A stretch of DNA of 64,000 nucleotides from Ptychomitrium polyphyllum. Its lineage: Eukaryota. The notes under the pieces are model-generated. The model made no database searches. It had not been told where the DNA came from and was given only the letters and a program-made list of their open reading frames with translations. A program made the position numbers and the translations under genes. Below, one piece after another: positions 1-12,606 of this stretch (position 1 is the first letter of the stretch; every line of letters begins with the position of its first letter). The stretch is taken from assembly GCA_973851085.1 (NCBI GenBank), contig OZ316776.1:8866001-8930000 (forward strand). The letters are read 5' to 3'.

Positions 1-43
1 CGGGAACAAGAAATAGCCAATTGGTCTAAAATCTAATGGTTAC

Positions 44-3000
44 CTTTTGGCTTGAACGAATATGCTTCGTAGTTGATAGTTTGGCCAAGGACACTCAATT
101 TTGTGAACGCAGTAATTAGATCCACCTGCCACAAACAATACACTCTCTGGTATGAAGACCCACGGAACAAAGTTCACGCTATCAAACAGGGCATCTCACC
201 ACATAAGAGGAAGCAATCAGCTCCTTAGGTCGTGAGTGAGTAGGAGGAAGGAGTTTTTATCCGTGATTTGTTGCGGGTATGCGGGTGGGGAAGGAGAGGG
301 AAGGAGCGAAGGAATTACATATAAAAACTAAGCGGTGGCTCACAAAGACCATGCACCTGCCAAGGCAAATTTGGGGTGGATTGTGGGTTTCTTGATGCTA
401 AATTGATCCACCCCGAATTACGCATGTCACCACGCTTACAGCCCAATCTTCCTGTTTGCGTCCTCTTATGAATTGTAAGAGTCACATGGATTAAAATAGC
501 AATGATACGAGGAACTCTTTTACAGTAACTGTCCTCACTAGCGTACAGGTCCGAGACAGCAGTCAACGACGAGGAACAAAACTATAAAGCTCATGATATG
601 ATTAATGCGCAAAGATTGCTGCAGTATTCTTACCTCGTAGTCGGTCTGAGAGACTGTTTCTCTGCTATCAGCGTACTTTTTCACCCGCGGTGCAAACTCA
701 GAATCTGTGGCTAATTTGGCTTCTGTTGCAGCTTGGTCAGGCCCTAAGAATGCTGATAACACAGCAATCTGCACATGTCAACCAAGGTGTTTTGTCAGGC
801 TAGTGAAACAGCTCTTACACAAGGTTCACATCAGTCATGGTAAGGGCTTCAGACAAACATCATGGAGACTGTAATTTCTGTTACAATTCAGCTGACCTGT
901 CTAGGTTTGATGCCCAAGTTGGCAAACCTCTCTTTAATCTCTGTGGTAGAGGCTGTTCCCCATACTGGCACCCTGCCTTCTGAGTCAGCCTCTGTAGCCC
1001 CAGCCCGGCCTGACAACTTGTCAAACTGACCCCACTGCACAGCACATCTAGAGTCAGAACCTGCTATAAACTAACAACACAATACTAGACCATGACATTC
1101 GTATAACATTAATGGCTCAACCTTCAATGAAGAACCATATTATAATGGATCACATCCCTTGTTCTTTCTGTTCAACTCTTTAAAACTAAGTTAAAGGAGG
1201 ACATAGTTTCATGCAGTCAATGGACAAGTAAGTACATGCCACAGATAAACAGTTGAATAGTATCCTCTGAATCCTTACTTCTTGCCAATTATTCTCAACA
1301 GAGCTCATGAATGTTAACAGACCCAATCTCAATTGTGTTTATGATGTCGGTATGCAACATTATAACATTGCGTATTTGGTCTGTTGGGTTACCGTAACAT
1401 TTCCAGAAAAACACTTAGAGCTGACCTGCCCTGTAGAGCCATATGCCGTGTAGAATTGTTCTCCCTTCTTTAGATCACCACCACACTTGCGCACCGCCGA
1501 CTGGATGAATGTATGCTTGACGGCGCTTTGTGCTACACATGCTAAGACAACCATTAATTCAAGGACTTTAATAGTTTCTAATGTGGCACATCAAAGTTAC
1601 GATTTGACCCAAGAGATACCAAGGGTGGTACAGCCTTTTGATAACACATACCAGCAATGTGACCAAGATCCGCCCATGAGATAAGGCCACCCTTGGTGAC
1701 GGCTGCTTCGTCTGTGGACTTCGTAATATTCTCCAGGAAGCTGATAGCTCTCTCTAGACCGCCGTTTTCTGGTCTATTAAGCTCTGCATTGCACTTTAAC
1801 AAAGTCAGCCTGATCCCTAGTGCTTGATATCCTCAACCCTAAAATTGAAAATGTACAACATGACCAACTCGAGAAAATAAGAACAATTTGTTCCAAGGCG
1901 AGATTGAAGACATACCGAACTGAACCATTTGCCCCTCCTGTCTTGCATTCCTGTTCGAGTTTTGCAAGCAGACCAACTTCAGATAACCTTGCAGATGAGA
2001 TGGGTGCTCAGAGTATGATTAGATTACAACTCCAACGTCGAAGAGGAAAGAAACCAGGAAGCCCTAGAAATACAGCAACGAGATCTGCACAAAAGCATGT
2101 ACTGTATATGTGAGGAAGTAAACTTAGCGAATGAAAATAAAAGGTAGTTTATTAGCATGGCATAGAGGTTAAGCTTTTCTTACGTCAAGGCGTCATTTAG
2201 TGCAAAGCGAAGAAGATCAGGAATAATTTCAGGATTTGCCTACACCAACATAAGACAAGATAAGTCATAGCAGGCGACCCAATTTGCAGGAAATCAATTA
2301 AATGGAAGGTTTGAATAACTGTTCCCTATTGTTGCCTGCATTTCGACGGTAGGCAAAACTTTCAGTAAAGGAGTTTGGTAAATAGACGTACCGCGATCTC
2401 CTCTCCGAGCTTGTTCTTCACGCTCACTAATTCATAAACGCCACACAACACGTCATTTATGGATATTACCACTTCGCTTGTGAGTGGGCTCTAGATGATG
2501 AGCCAAACGAATATGCTGATCGAAAATTTTGTCAATATAGGTTCAGGGTTATACTCACTGACAAAAATGCCACGTTGTTGCCTTTGAATCAAGTCAGCAG
2601 CCTGGGCTTCTTGACTTTCGGGAACTGAAGTCCAGAGTCTAGCCTGTCATACCGAAATGCAACATAAACAAACGACTTCGAATTTTCAAACTCAAACTCG
2701 TCTGAACAAAATATTCTCAGAAATATTCTTCTGGAACAGAACATCAAGTTGTGATAGAACTGCTTACCGCCACTACTGAAGCACATAGACCGATAAAAAC
2801 GTCTCGTCGAGTCACTATCACTTCATCCTTCCCACTGGCTTGGCACCTCACCCCAATCTACTCACCCCACACAATTCAAAATACAAGAATTACACTATAT
2901 TTTTAAAATACAAAAAGGCCCCAAACCAAATCTACACGGTGATAACAAGCACAGTAAAAATATAAGCTGAGGAGTGTTCCACCCATCATGCTTTGCCATA

Positions 3001-3551
3001 TGTTGCATACATTGTTTCATTCCAACTGATAGAGCAAGGACCCAACATAAAACGGATTACAAAAGCTAATGTGCCCATCTAAATTACGTTTGATCTCGCT
3101 AGCATGCCCACACCGGCATGCAGACAAGTTTCTACTTCGTCTTGGTCGTTCTTCCCAATCATGTGCACAATCACTTGACCCTACATTGCCATGGCGTGCT
3201 CTTACTGGTTCCAGTTCCTCGCCAGTTTCCAGAAACCCACATCCAGAGAGTTTTGAAAGGAAAAAACCTAAGACATCGACCAATTGATGTTCTCTTCGAC
3301 CTTCGCCAAACGACAAAAGGCTTCACTTTGGCTAATATCGATCAAACGGTCTAAATCAACAAAGCGGAGACGATTAGCAACCAAAGAATTCACCTCGGTT
3401 GCATTTGCAGGAACAGCTGCTCGAGCCGGCACTGCTACCACAGCATTCCCACACACGAACGATGATGGCAACGCAACAGTTCTCACGGTGGAGCAGATGC
3501 GGCAGCTGCACCCAAGGCTATACATCGCGGTGGTGCCACCGCCATAGCCAT
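44..3551 (-). pseudogene. TL29: Thylakoid lumen 29 kDa protein (TL29/APX4, ascorbate-peroxidase-like), multi-exon, probably disabled; 3' end runs off the window start
   Basis: Exon translations: transit peptide, IGVRCQASGKDEVIVTRRDVF (Tat RR), EAQA-ADLIQRQQRG, ANPEIIPDLLRFALNDALT, KTGGANGSVR, ELNRPENGGL, QSAVRKCGGDLKKGEQFYTAYGSTGQ, WGQFDK..EGRVPVW, SAFLGPDQAATE..SRETVSQTDYE, VDLITAFTKLS (44-125). Lesions: exon-1 frame break (TGA 3483-3485) and in-frame TAA at 2180-2182. Family identity is secure; pseudogene status is inferred. Confidence 0.7.
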
Positions 3552-3821
3552 AGCTCTAGTCCTACTACCTGCCCCACCCGAAAGCACCGTCGGCAGATAA
3601 CAATACAAACAGAACTCACCACAACGTCCACTATCTAGATCTCTAGCACCGAAACACCATGAAGATTCATTTCCACCGAAAGAAACTATCCTGGCAGCTA
3701 CCAGTCACCCACACTGCAGTGGACACCATCCATTGCCAAGGTTACAGGCTCCAGAACACTGCTCACCTCTAGGATTCAGCTAGCCCAGAGAGACTGCAAA
3801 CATAGACAGGAATTCAGGATT

Positions 3822-3872
3822 CACGTGCATGCGGCAGAGATTAATTGCATGCGTGCATGCGTGCGTGCATGC
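3822..3872. promoter_or_regulatory. G-box plus four RY (CATGCA) motifs upstream of TL29
   Basis: CACGTG at 3822-3827; TGCATG at 3826, 3846, 3854 and 3866. Confidence 0.35.
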
Positions 3873-4274
3873 GAGAAGTCGGATTGACAGGACCAGACAA
3901 CTGTGGACTGTGTTCACGATGGCGGTGGTAGACTCATCAACACACTCCAGGTTTGGGAGGTCTTATTAGCAGCGCCGAGTGCGTACTGAGGAGAGTGAGT
4001 GCACCCGGTGGCTGAAGGCGGCCCCTTCCTTCCTTATCCCCCTTTCTCATGCACAAGTGTGCACCTCCATCATCACAAACACTTCTCCCCTCGTTGGTCA
4101 TTTTCACAACATCCATATCTGATTTCAGACTTTCAGTATGTGTGTGCCATGTTCCACAGTAACGATATTAGTTCGGTGTCATCTTGGCATCGTTTTTCAT
4201 GACGTCGTCGTGACGACCTAGCGACGTCATTGGTGATATAGAGAGAATGATGTACAAAGTTACGACAATAAGTC

Positions 4275-5795
4275 TTCAATTGTAACAATGGCAAAATGAC
4301 ATCAAAATGGCATTCAATTGTAACGGTGGCAAAATGACATCAAAATGGCATTCAATTGTAACGGTGGCAAAATGACATCAAAATGGCATTCAAGTGTAAC
4401 GGTGGCAAAATGACATCAAAATGGCATTCAAGTGTAACGGTGGCAAAATGACATCAAAATGGCATTCAAGTGTAACGGTGGCAAAATGACATCAAAATGG
4501 CATTCAATTGTAACGGTGGCAAAATGACATCAAAATGGCATTCAATTGTAACGGTGGCAAAATGACATCAAAATGGCATTCAAGTGTAACGGTGGCAAAA
4601 TGACATCAAAATGGCATTCAAGTGTAACGGTGGCAAAATGACATCAAAATGGCATTCAAGTGTAACGGTGGCAAAATGACATCAAAATGGCATTCAATTG
4701 TAACGGTGGCAAAATGACATCAAAATGGCATTCAATTGTAACGGTGGCAAAATGACATCAAAATGGCATTCAAGTGTAACGGTGGCAAAATGACATCAAA
4801 ATGGCATTCAAGTGTAACGGTGGCAAAATGACATCAAAATGGCATTCAAGTGTAACGGTGGCAAAATGACATCAAAATGGCATTCAAGTGTAACGGTGGC
4901 AAAATGACATCAAAATGGCATTCAATTGTAACGGTGGCAAAATGACATCAAAATGGCATTCAATTGTAACGGTGGCAAAATGACATCAAAATGGCATTCA
5001 ATTGTAACGGTGGCAAAATGACATCAAAATGGCATTCAATTGTAACGGTGGCAAAATGACATCAAAATGGCATTCAAGTGTAACGGTGGCAAAATGACAT
5101 CAAAATGGCATTCAAGTGTAACGGTGGCAAAATGACATCAAAATGGCATTCAATTGTAACGGTGGCAAAATGACATCAAAATGGCATTCAAGTGTAACGG
5201 TGGCAAAATGACATCAAAATGGCATTCAATTGTAACGGTGGCAAAATGACATCAAAATGGCATTCAAGTGTAACGGTGGCAAAATGACATCAAAATGGCA
5301 TTCAATTGTAACGGTGGCAAAATGACATCAAAATGGCATTCAATTGTAACGGTGGCAAAATGACATCAAAATGGCATTCAAGTGTAACGGTGGCAAAATG
5401 ACATCAAAATGGCATTCAATTGTAACGGTGGCAAAATGACATCAAAATGGCATTCAATTGTAACGGTGGCAAAATGACATCAAAATGGCATTCAAGTGTA
5501 ACGGTGGCAAAATGACATCAAAATGGCATTCAATTGTAACGGTGGCAAAATGACATCAAAATGGCATTCAATTGTAACGGTGGCAAAATGACATCAAAAT
5601 GGCATTCAATTGTAACGGTGGCAAAATGACATCAAAATGGCATTCAATTGTAACGGTGGCAAAATGACATCAAAATGGCATTCAAGTGTAACGGTGGCAA
5701 AATGACATCAAAATGGCATTCAATTGTAACGGTGGCAAAATGACATCAAAATGGCATTCAATTGTAACGGTGGCAAAATGACATCAAAATGGCAT
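4275..5795. repeat. Minisatellite, 40 copies of a 38-bp unit
   Basis: Unit GTAACGGTGGCAAAATGACATCAAAATGGCATTCAA(T/G)T. Copies are identical apart from one T/G site and a degenerate first copy. Confidence 0.98.
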
Positions 5796-6051
5796 AGGTA
5801 TAAATGATATTTTGATACAATATTGAAGTTGTTTTTATATTGATTTTACCTGCATCATTTTCATGTCATTTTTCACCTAAGATACTTTGATGTCAGCTTC
5901 ACATTAAAATGATATGAAATTCATAAGCTATTTCTTGAGTTGTTTTAACATTCAAAATTATTATCTTCAATTTCAGTGATGATTGCTTATCTTGGAAATT
6001 CAAAATTTCTATTTGAAAAAGGCACTTCATATTACAATATTCAAATATAAT

Positions 6052-6078
<27 letters not shown>
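6052..6078. repeat. (AC)n microsatellite
   Basis: About 13 AC units, read directly. Confidence 0.95.
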
Positions 6079-6083
<5 letters not shown>

Positions 6084-6652
6084 TTAATTTGTATTTTTTC
6101 TTATTGGTGTAATTCAAATGTTTATTTAAGATCATTAAAGATTGTGTTATACTTTAGATTCTAATAGATTTTTTTGAATCTATAACATCTTCACAAGTAT
6201 TTTTTTGATTTGATATACAAAGTAGCAAGTTTAAATCAAATTACTTCTATTATAATTAGAATATAATCATAAGTCTAATGAAAAGTGTGATTAGTAGGAA
6301 TTGAATTAAAACATTATTTTGAACAATACATAGCCAAAAACTATTAATATGATTGTATCCTATTTTTATGCAATTCAATTCAATTTTTGTAATAACTATT
6401 GATATTTTTTGTTAAAAAGATTTAAATACAAAATTATATTCTATGTTTTATATAAAAATATCATAAATATTGTATAAGTATTTAATGACAAGTTATCAAA
6501 GTTTTAAATTTTATAATATTTATATGGCTTTTACCACTATGATGTAAATTACATTTGTTTTAAAAAATAAAACTTATTAGTAATTATGTTTTTAATGGCA
6601 GTATAGTATTATAGGAAGAAATCATATAAATTAAGATTATATAAGTACAAAA

Positions 6653-6654
<2 letters not shown>

Positions 6655-6702
<48 letters not shown>
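6655..6702. repeat. (TA)24 microsatellite
   Basis: Read directly. Confidence 0.95.
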
Positions 6703-6703
<1 letters not shown>

Positions 6704-9700
6704 CAATTAACTAAAATCATAGAAATAATGGATTAATAAAAAAAATTATAGGATTTAAATTCAACAATGTTTTAATTCTATATATAAATATCATATCAAT
6801 TCAATTTCTATTAAGTTATTAATTTTTATATTAATTTTCTTTTTGAGTTAATAATTTTTTTTTAAAATTATAATTATGGTGTTAAATTAGTTTCTCTTAA
6901 ATTTAAAACTAACATGATTATTATTAGTAAGAATCTTAAATCAATATTAAATATTTAACAAATGGTATTCATTCTAAGTGTACTAAAATATACATCATGT
7001 AATGATCTTCAAAGCATGCATCTTTTAATTAAAAGTAATTACATTTTTATTATTCAACTTTGTTTAAGCCATTTTTTTCTTAGATTTATATTATATTTGT
7101 ATAAGAGTCTTTTATCAAATAAACTATGTTTTATATACAATTTTTTTTTAAAAACAAATGATATTGCTCATTAAGTACATCCAAAAATAAACAATTTAAA
7201 AAAAAAATCGATTATTTTATAAACCTTCAACATAATTGTTTTAGATTATATATTCAAAACTTGCAAAAAAAACTAATTAAAATTTACCAAAATTTTTTTA
7301 TTGACAATTTTATAATTTGGAAAAATCTCAAGATATTTTATTAAAATTATGAAAGAAAGAATATTAGGTATTTGGCAAATTATGATAAATATGCTAATTA
7401 ACTATGGTATATTGTTAGTAATTATTTGATAACAATTTAAATACATTTCAAATTTTTCAAACTTAAACATTGATATGAATTAGTGGTTGTTATTTGTTAT
7501 ATGCAAAAATTTATTAAAATACAAAAAAGTATAAAATTCATTCTTTTTATTAGCAAAGAAGTAAAAATAATTTAAGACTAATATATTATGAATTAGAGTA
7601 TATTTTTTTTGATTTAATAACACTTGTTAAGTTATGAATTCCAAATTAATAAGAACTTCCAATAGTATTAATTGTTATCAAATGTATAGCATATTATGCA
7701 TATTTCTTGTGTTTTTCAGAAGTTTTGAATAAAAATTTGATAGCACTTTTCAAATATTAAAAATTAAAATCACAAGAAATCACAAAACTATTATATCATC
7801 AACATTTTAGAGTCTTTTTGATGTTACACAAATTTTAAATTCATTGGATATTTAAATTGAGAATTCCACCATGTTAAAAGTTATGATGCTTTAAACCTAG
7901 TTTACTGTGAAAGTTCATAGAAAGTAAAAGTGAAAGTTCAAATTGAAAAGACACATATTTCATCCAATAACTCAACTTGAACTTCAATATTATTGAACTT
8001 TATAAAGTGATACTTTTGTTATCTTTCCTATATACAAATCATGCGCAGAATCTAATAGTCAATTTTGGTCACCCAACAAGTTGGTCTTGAAAAGGCCAAT
8101 TCATCAAAGATTGCCTCTTCTGTTCTCAATTCTAAAAAATAGATTCAAGAATGAGAAGCCAATAACTTTCCCTTACGGCTTAGTTGGGTTGTGTTCTCCT
8201 CCGCGTTGAAATTCAATAAAATTCCGATCGACTTTTAACTTTTGATGACCATAATCCCTTCAAAGCAGAACCAGTAGCTCCGTAATTTTTACTAGCTTTT
8301 CCACTCTTGCTGTGGGTAAACGTCTTTCATACTTGTACATACCAGTACTCGTGTCATGTAGCTCCCTGGAAATACTACTTTTTGGAAAAGTTGCATGTGA
8401 TTTTACTCGAAGAAACAACCGGTAAGAACGAAAGATCTTTAAAAAGTATCGGCAACCAGTCACTTTCACAGAAAGTTCGATATTGTACGGGACAGTGGTT
8501 CGTCCCACGAGTACGTATGAAGTAATGCTCAGCGTGCTTCTCCGTTCTGACAGATGGCAACTGTTCCCCACTGCAGAATCATCCTCGGCTGCATCACTCA
8601 CCAGAATCCAACTGAACTAGTGGCCTTGTCTTGTGCGCAGTCCCATGCACTGTCCCGTGTGAAAGCGTCAGGTCCGGCAGAAAATATTTGTATGTATCTC
8701 AAAATAGAGAGCCAAGAACATGGCGGAACTATTCTTTAAGGATATTTGCAAGGCAAATGTGGATTTTGGGAATATTTGGTGTGTCGATTAATACTATGAG
8801 AATGCATTCACTATTCAGCGTCACGATGCCGAATTTGACCCTTACATTGTATCATTAGCCTAGACGATTGAGATGTAGGTATGAGAAGGGAGTACACTGG
8901 GCATGGGGCTCTAAAACTATAAGATTCCAATAAGTTGATATGGAATTAAGATTTTGATATAAATTTTTTAAATATTCTTTTGAGCATTTTTTTTCAGAAG
9001 TTGTTTTGTTTTCTTTGGAAGTCTTCATTTTTCAAAGGTTTGGTTTGTTTTTGGAAAAGGTTTTTATAAAAGGATTGTATGTTAGGTTATACTACCAAAA
9101 ATGACTGTTAATTAAGAGAGTATTTTAAGACATTATAGTATCTTGGTCTTAATCAATCTTTTTCTAAGTAGTGATATTAAAATAAGTTAATGATTTTAGG
9201 TGTTCAATGCCATTTGAATTCCATTTAAATTCATTAGTCTACCATTTGAATCTATAAATCGATAGAGGAAAATAATGATGAGATTTTTATTTTTAATTCT
9301 AAAATAATATGTTAATACTTTACAAAATAATTTATAAAATTAAAGCAAGTTTCAACTTTTGACTCCAATCCTTTAAGTTTTTAATGAATATAAATCATTA
9401 GATGTATTATGGCATCACTTTCTTAAGTTTAATGAAGTTATTTTCTTTCAAAAGTATGATTATCAATGTTCTTCTAAAAATCATTTGTTCAGTTGAAGTT
9501 TATAAATTATATATTTGAATCAGTTTAAATACATTAATCTTTAAAAGTTCATTCTAAGTTACATTCATGAAAAAAAAATTGGAGTATGATAATCTAAATA
9601 TCAAGAATTTTCTATATGACAAGCTTTCTAGAACCACTAATAAGTCAATTATTTATTTTAATTATTTTACACAAGAAAATTTGTCAACATCAATTATACT

Positions 9701-12466
9701 CTATAATAGGCTAATACAAAGATAATGCATTTTGTAAAATTAAGAAAAGACAGATTTGGAAGGAAAAAAATTATTATAAAAAATCATTTCAAACAATATC
9801 ATAATAAAGTTCAATAAGCAAAATTATGTAAAGTTCAATAAGCAAAATTATGAATTTTTGAAGAACTCCTTGAAGGTATTACAACAAGCTGATATATTAT
9901 ATGATGTGGAAGCAAATCCTTACTATAATAAAAAAACAACATTTTATAGCCATTGATGTAGTGATGTATGTTATTTTTACAAAATATATGTATTTTTATA
10001 CATGTAAAAGGTTGTATATTTTGAATTTTGTCAATAAAATGATCAACAACTTATTTCAAATTAAAGTTGTAACATTGTATAGAAGTGATTATTATATTTT
10101 CAACATTATGGTGGCCAAATACTTTGTTATCCTTTTAAAAAATACTTTTTTTTCTTCATTATCTATTAACATAAAATAATAGTCCTTATCTGATTGTAAT
10201 ATTTGGTTTTCATAGCATATTTTAACAAAAACCTTATAATACACTTTCATCATTTTATAATACATTCTTATTGCAATATAAACAATCTTGAAGTTCAAAT
10301 ATCATTTCATTTTCCATTAAAATGGATTTGTATACATAATACTAAAAATCTTATTCAATTATTATAATGTTTATTATATGAATTCATAATTTTTAATTTG
10401 TATTTTCTAAAAGCTCATCAATGATGCAAAATAAAAATATCAAGGATCTTAAATAATTTAATATTAAAATTAAATAATTTTGAATATAAGATATGTAGAT
10501 GGTTTTAAAACAAAACCAAAATCAATAGTTATTTGTAAATTATATATGGTGTATAATTTTCTAATTTGTTAAAACCAAACCAAGAATAAAAATGAAATTC
10601 AAAATAATTTACAAAATAAAATTGAGTGAGTTTTGTATTGGAATATTAATTTAAAAATACATATAATGAATACTTTGCACAATTTACAAATAAATGCATT
10701 GTATTTATAATGATTGAAATTTTAATGTACTTGTATTTTATAAATCTAAAAATGTTATGTTTTAGAAATTTTGTATGATGTATAGTATTCAAATAATACA
10801 TTATTTTGCATTGGATAATAAATAAAATAAATTGTGTAATTATCTAAACAAGTGAAGCTTTTAGAAAAAATTATAGATTATAGAATAAAAAGGCCTTTAA
10901 TCATTAAATGTTCAAGGGCTAAATATAAGTATATTTTTATATAATATAAATTATTTTTACCTTATAGAATTTCTTCCTTCATTATTAAACTTATGATTCA
11001 ATCACAAAATAATTTAAATGCTTTAAAGCCAAATAAAAGATTAATTAGTTGTTAAAATTATAATTAACAAGAAATTTAAATATATAATTTGAAAAATTCT
11101 AACTTTTAAGATATTTATGTGTTCTTTAAAAAATTCAGTATTTTTTTTATATAACACTATGAATGTTGGTACAAAATTTCATTTATTATTAACATGTTCT
11201 TAAATACTTTTACTTGGATTTTGTATCAATGAACATCAAAGCAATTTTTGAAAATAAAATAAAATAGATTTATATATGTATCTATGTGTTGTTACATACA
11301 TAATTCCAAATGCCTATTTTCAATCATATAATTTTGGTATAATTGTATCATTTTACTACCTATTCATATGCATTTGCAATGTTATACATTTATAAAAGCA
11401 AAAATCCTTATACAAAAATCAAATCATAACATGTTCATGTCAACCCAAACTAATATGCATGCATAATATTTAAACTACAACTAAATGTATTACTTTTCCA
11501 ATGATTAAAACCTTTCAAATTTATTAATAATCATACATATTTTAGTCATAGCTCTTTACATCAAACTTGTATTGTAATACATTAAATCTACATTGTGATC
11601 TAAATAATCATCTTTTATAGGATACAATAACTACCATCTTAGTATAATTATAATATGTCCAAATCAAGAAAACTAAAAACCTAAATGTAATAAATAGTTT
11701 ACATAGACACAATAAGTTATAATGATTCACCATCAATCAAGATGTCAAAAGTGTAAACTCAAAACTTAAAAATCTTATGCAACATGTCTAAAATTCTACA
11801 CAGCTCTTTTGGAACACATGTCTTACAGTATCCCAACCCTTAAATGCCTTGAGTGCACACATAAAGTCGTCCTCACAATTCAAGAATTCAATGAAATGGA
11901 CCGTGTTCATGTCGCCTGCAGACCCTCAGCTGGTTAAAATTTGTACAGTTGGAATCAAAGGCACCACTGATCAGGCCCACCCACCAGGTCAGGACGGTCA
12001 TACCCACCGATACGTTGGTCCCCACGGCAGCGAGAAAGTTTCTGCCCACGGTGTTAAGAATACATACCGAGAATCAACAGAATCTATGAGGTTGTAGAGT
12101 CCAGTGGACCTAATGTTGGACTGAAGTAGACATGGTCGGATTTGTAGAGCCCCGCCCTGCCACCAGTGAACGGGTCCAGGTGCCTAGGCGCAGGTGGCGT
12201 TGGAGAGGCAATCGCGGGCCCGGTGCAGGTTGGGAGTGGACCCCATGCGCATGGACCGGGCCCAGCCCCCAATGCGAGCGTCAAGAGGGGGAAGGACGTC
12301 GCAAACGAGAACACAGACGAGAGAGCGACACGAGAGAGAGCCACGAGAGCGATACGCGAGAGACACGAGAGACGAGAGAGGCAAGCCAGACGGGCGAGGC
12401 CAGAGGCGAGCTTGCACGATCGGAGCTCCAGGTTTTTGGTGCCACGCAGTGCGCATCTGCATCCCG

Positions 12467-12475
12467 AAACCCTAA
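12467..12475 (+). promoter_or_regulatory. Telobox (AAACCCTAA) upstream of the BSL gene
   Basis: Exact motif 140 bp before the ATG, downstream of GGGCCC site-II-like motifs and a GA-rich tract. Confidence 0.4.
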
Positions 12476-12606
12476 GATGAGCGGGTCCTCGCAATGAGGG
12501 AGCCGTGGGCGGAGAGGTAGTGACTACGCCGCGCGTGTTTGTGTTTGAGATGAAGCGGCGGGACGGACGCCGCACGAATTGAGACGCGGACGGGCACGCT
12601 AGGGAG

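Larger units (their letters stand above)
5796..11830. other. Extremely AT-rich non-coding block, possibly decayed transposon DNA, with a more GC-balanced island at ~8040-8910
   Basis: A/T runs, very few CG dinucleotides outside the island, no credible ORF. Confidence 0.6.

Noticed and set aside
4275..5795. CRISPR array
   Set aside because: Units are contiguous with no unique spacers, there are no cas genes, and the context is eukaryotic.
9805..9852. 24-bp direct duplication
   Set aside because: Ordinary slippage in AT-rich DNA.
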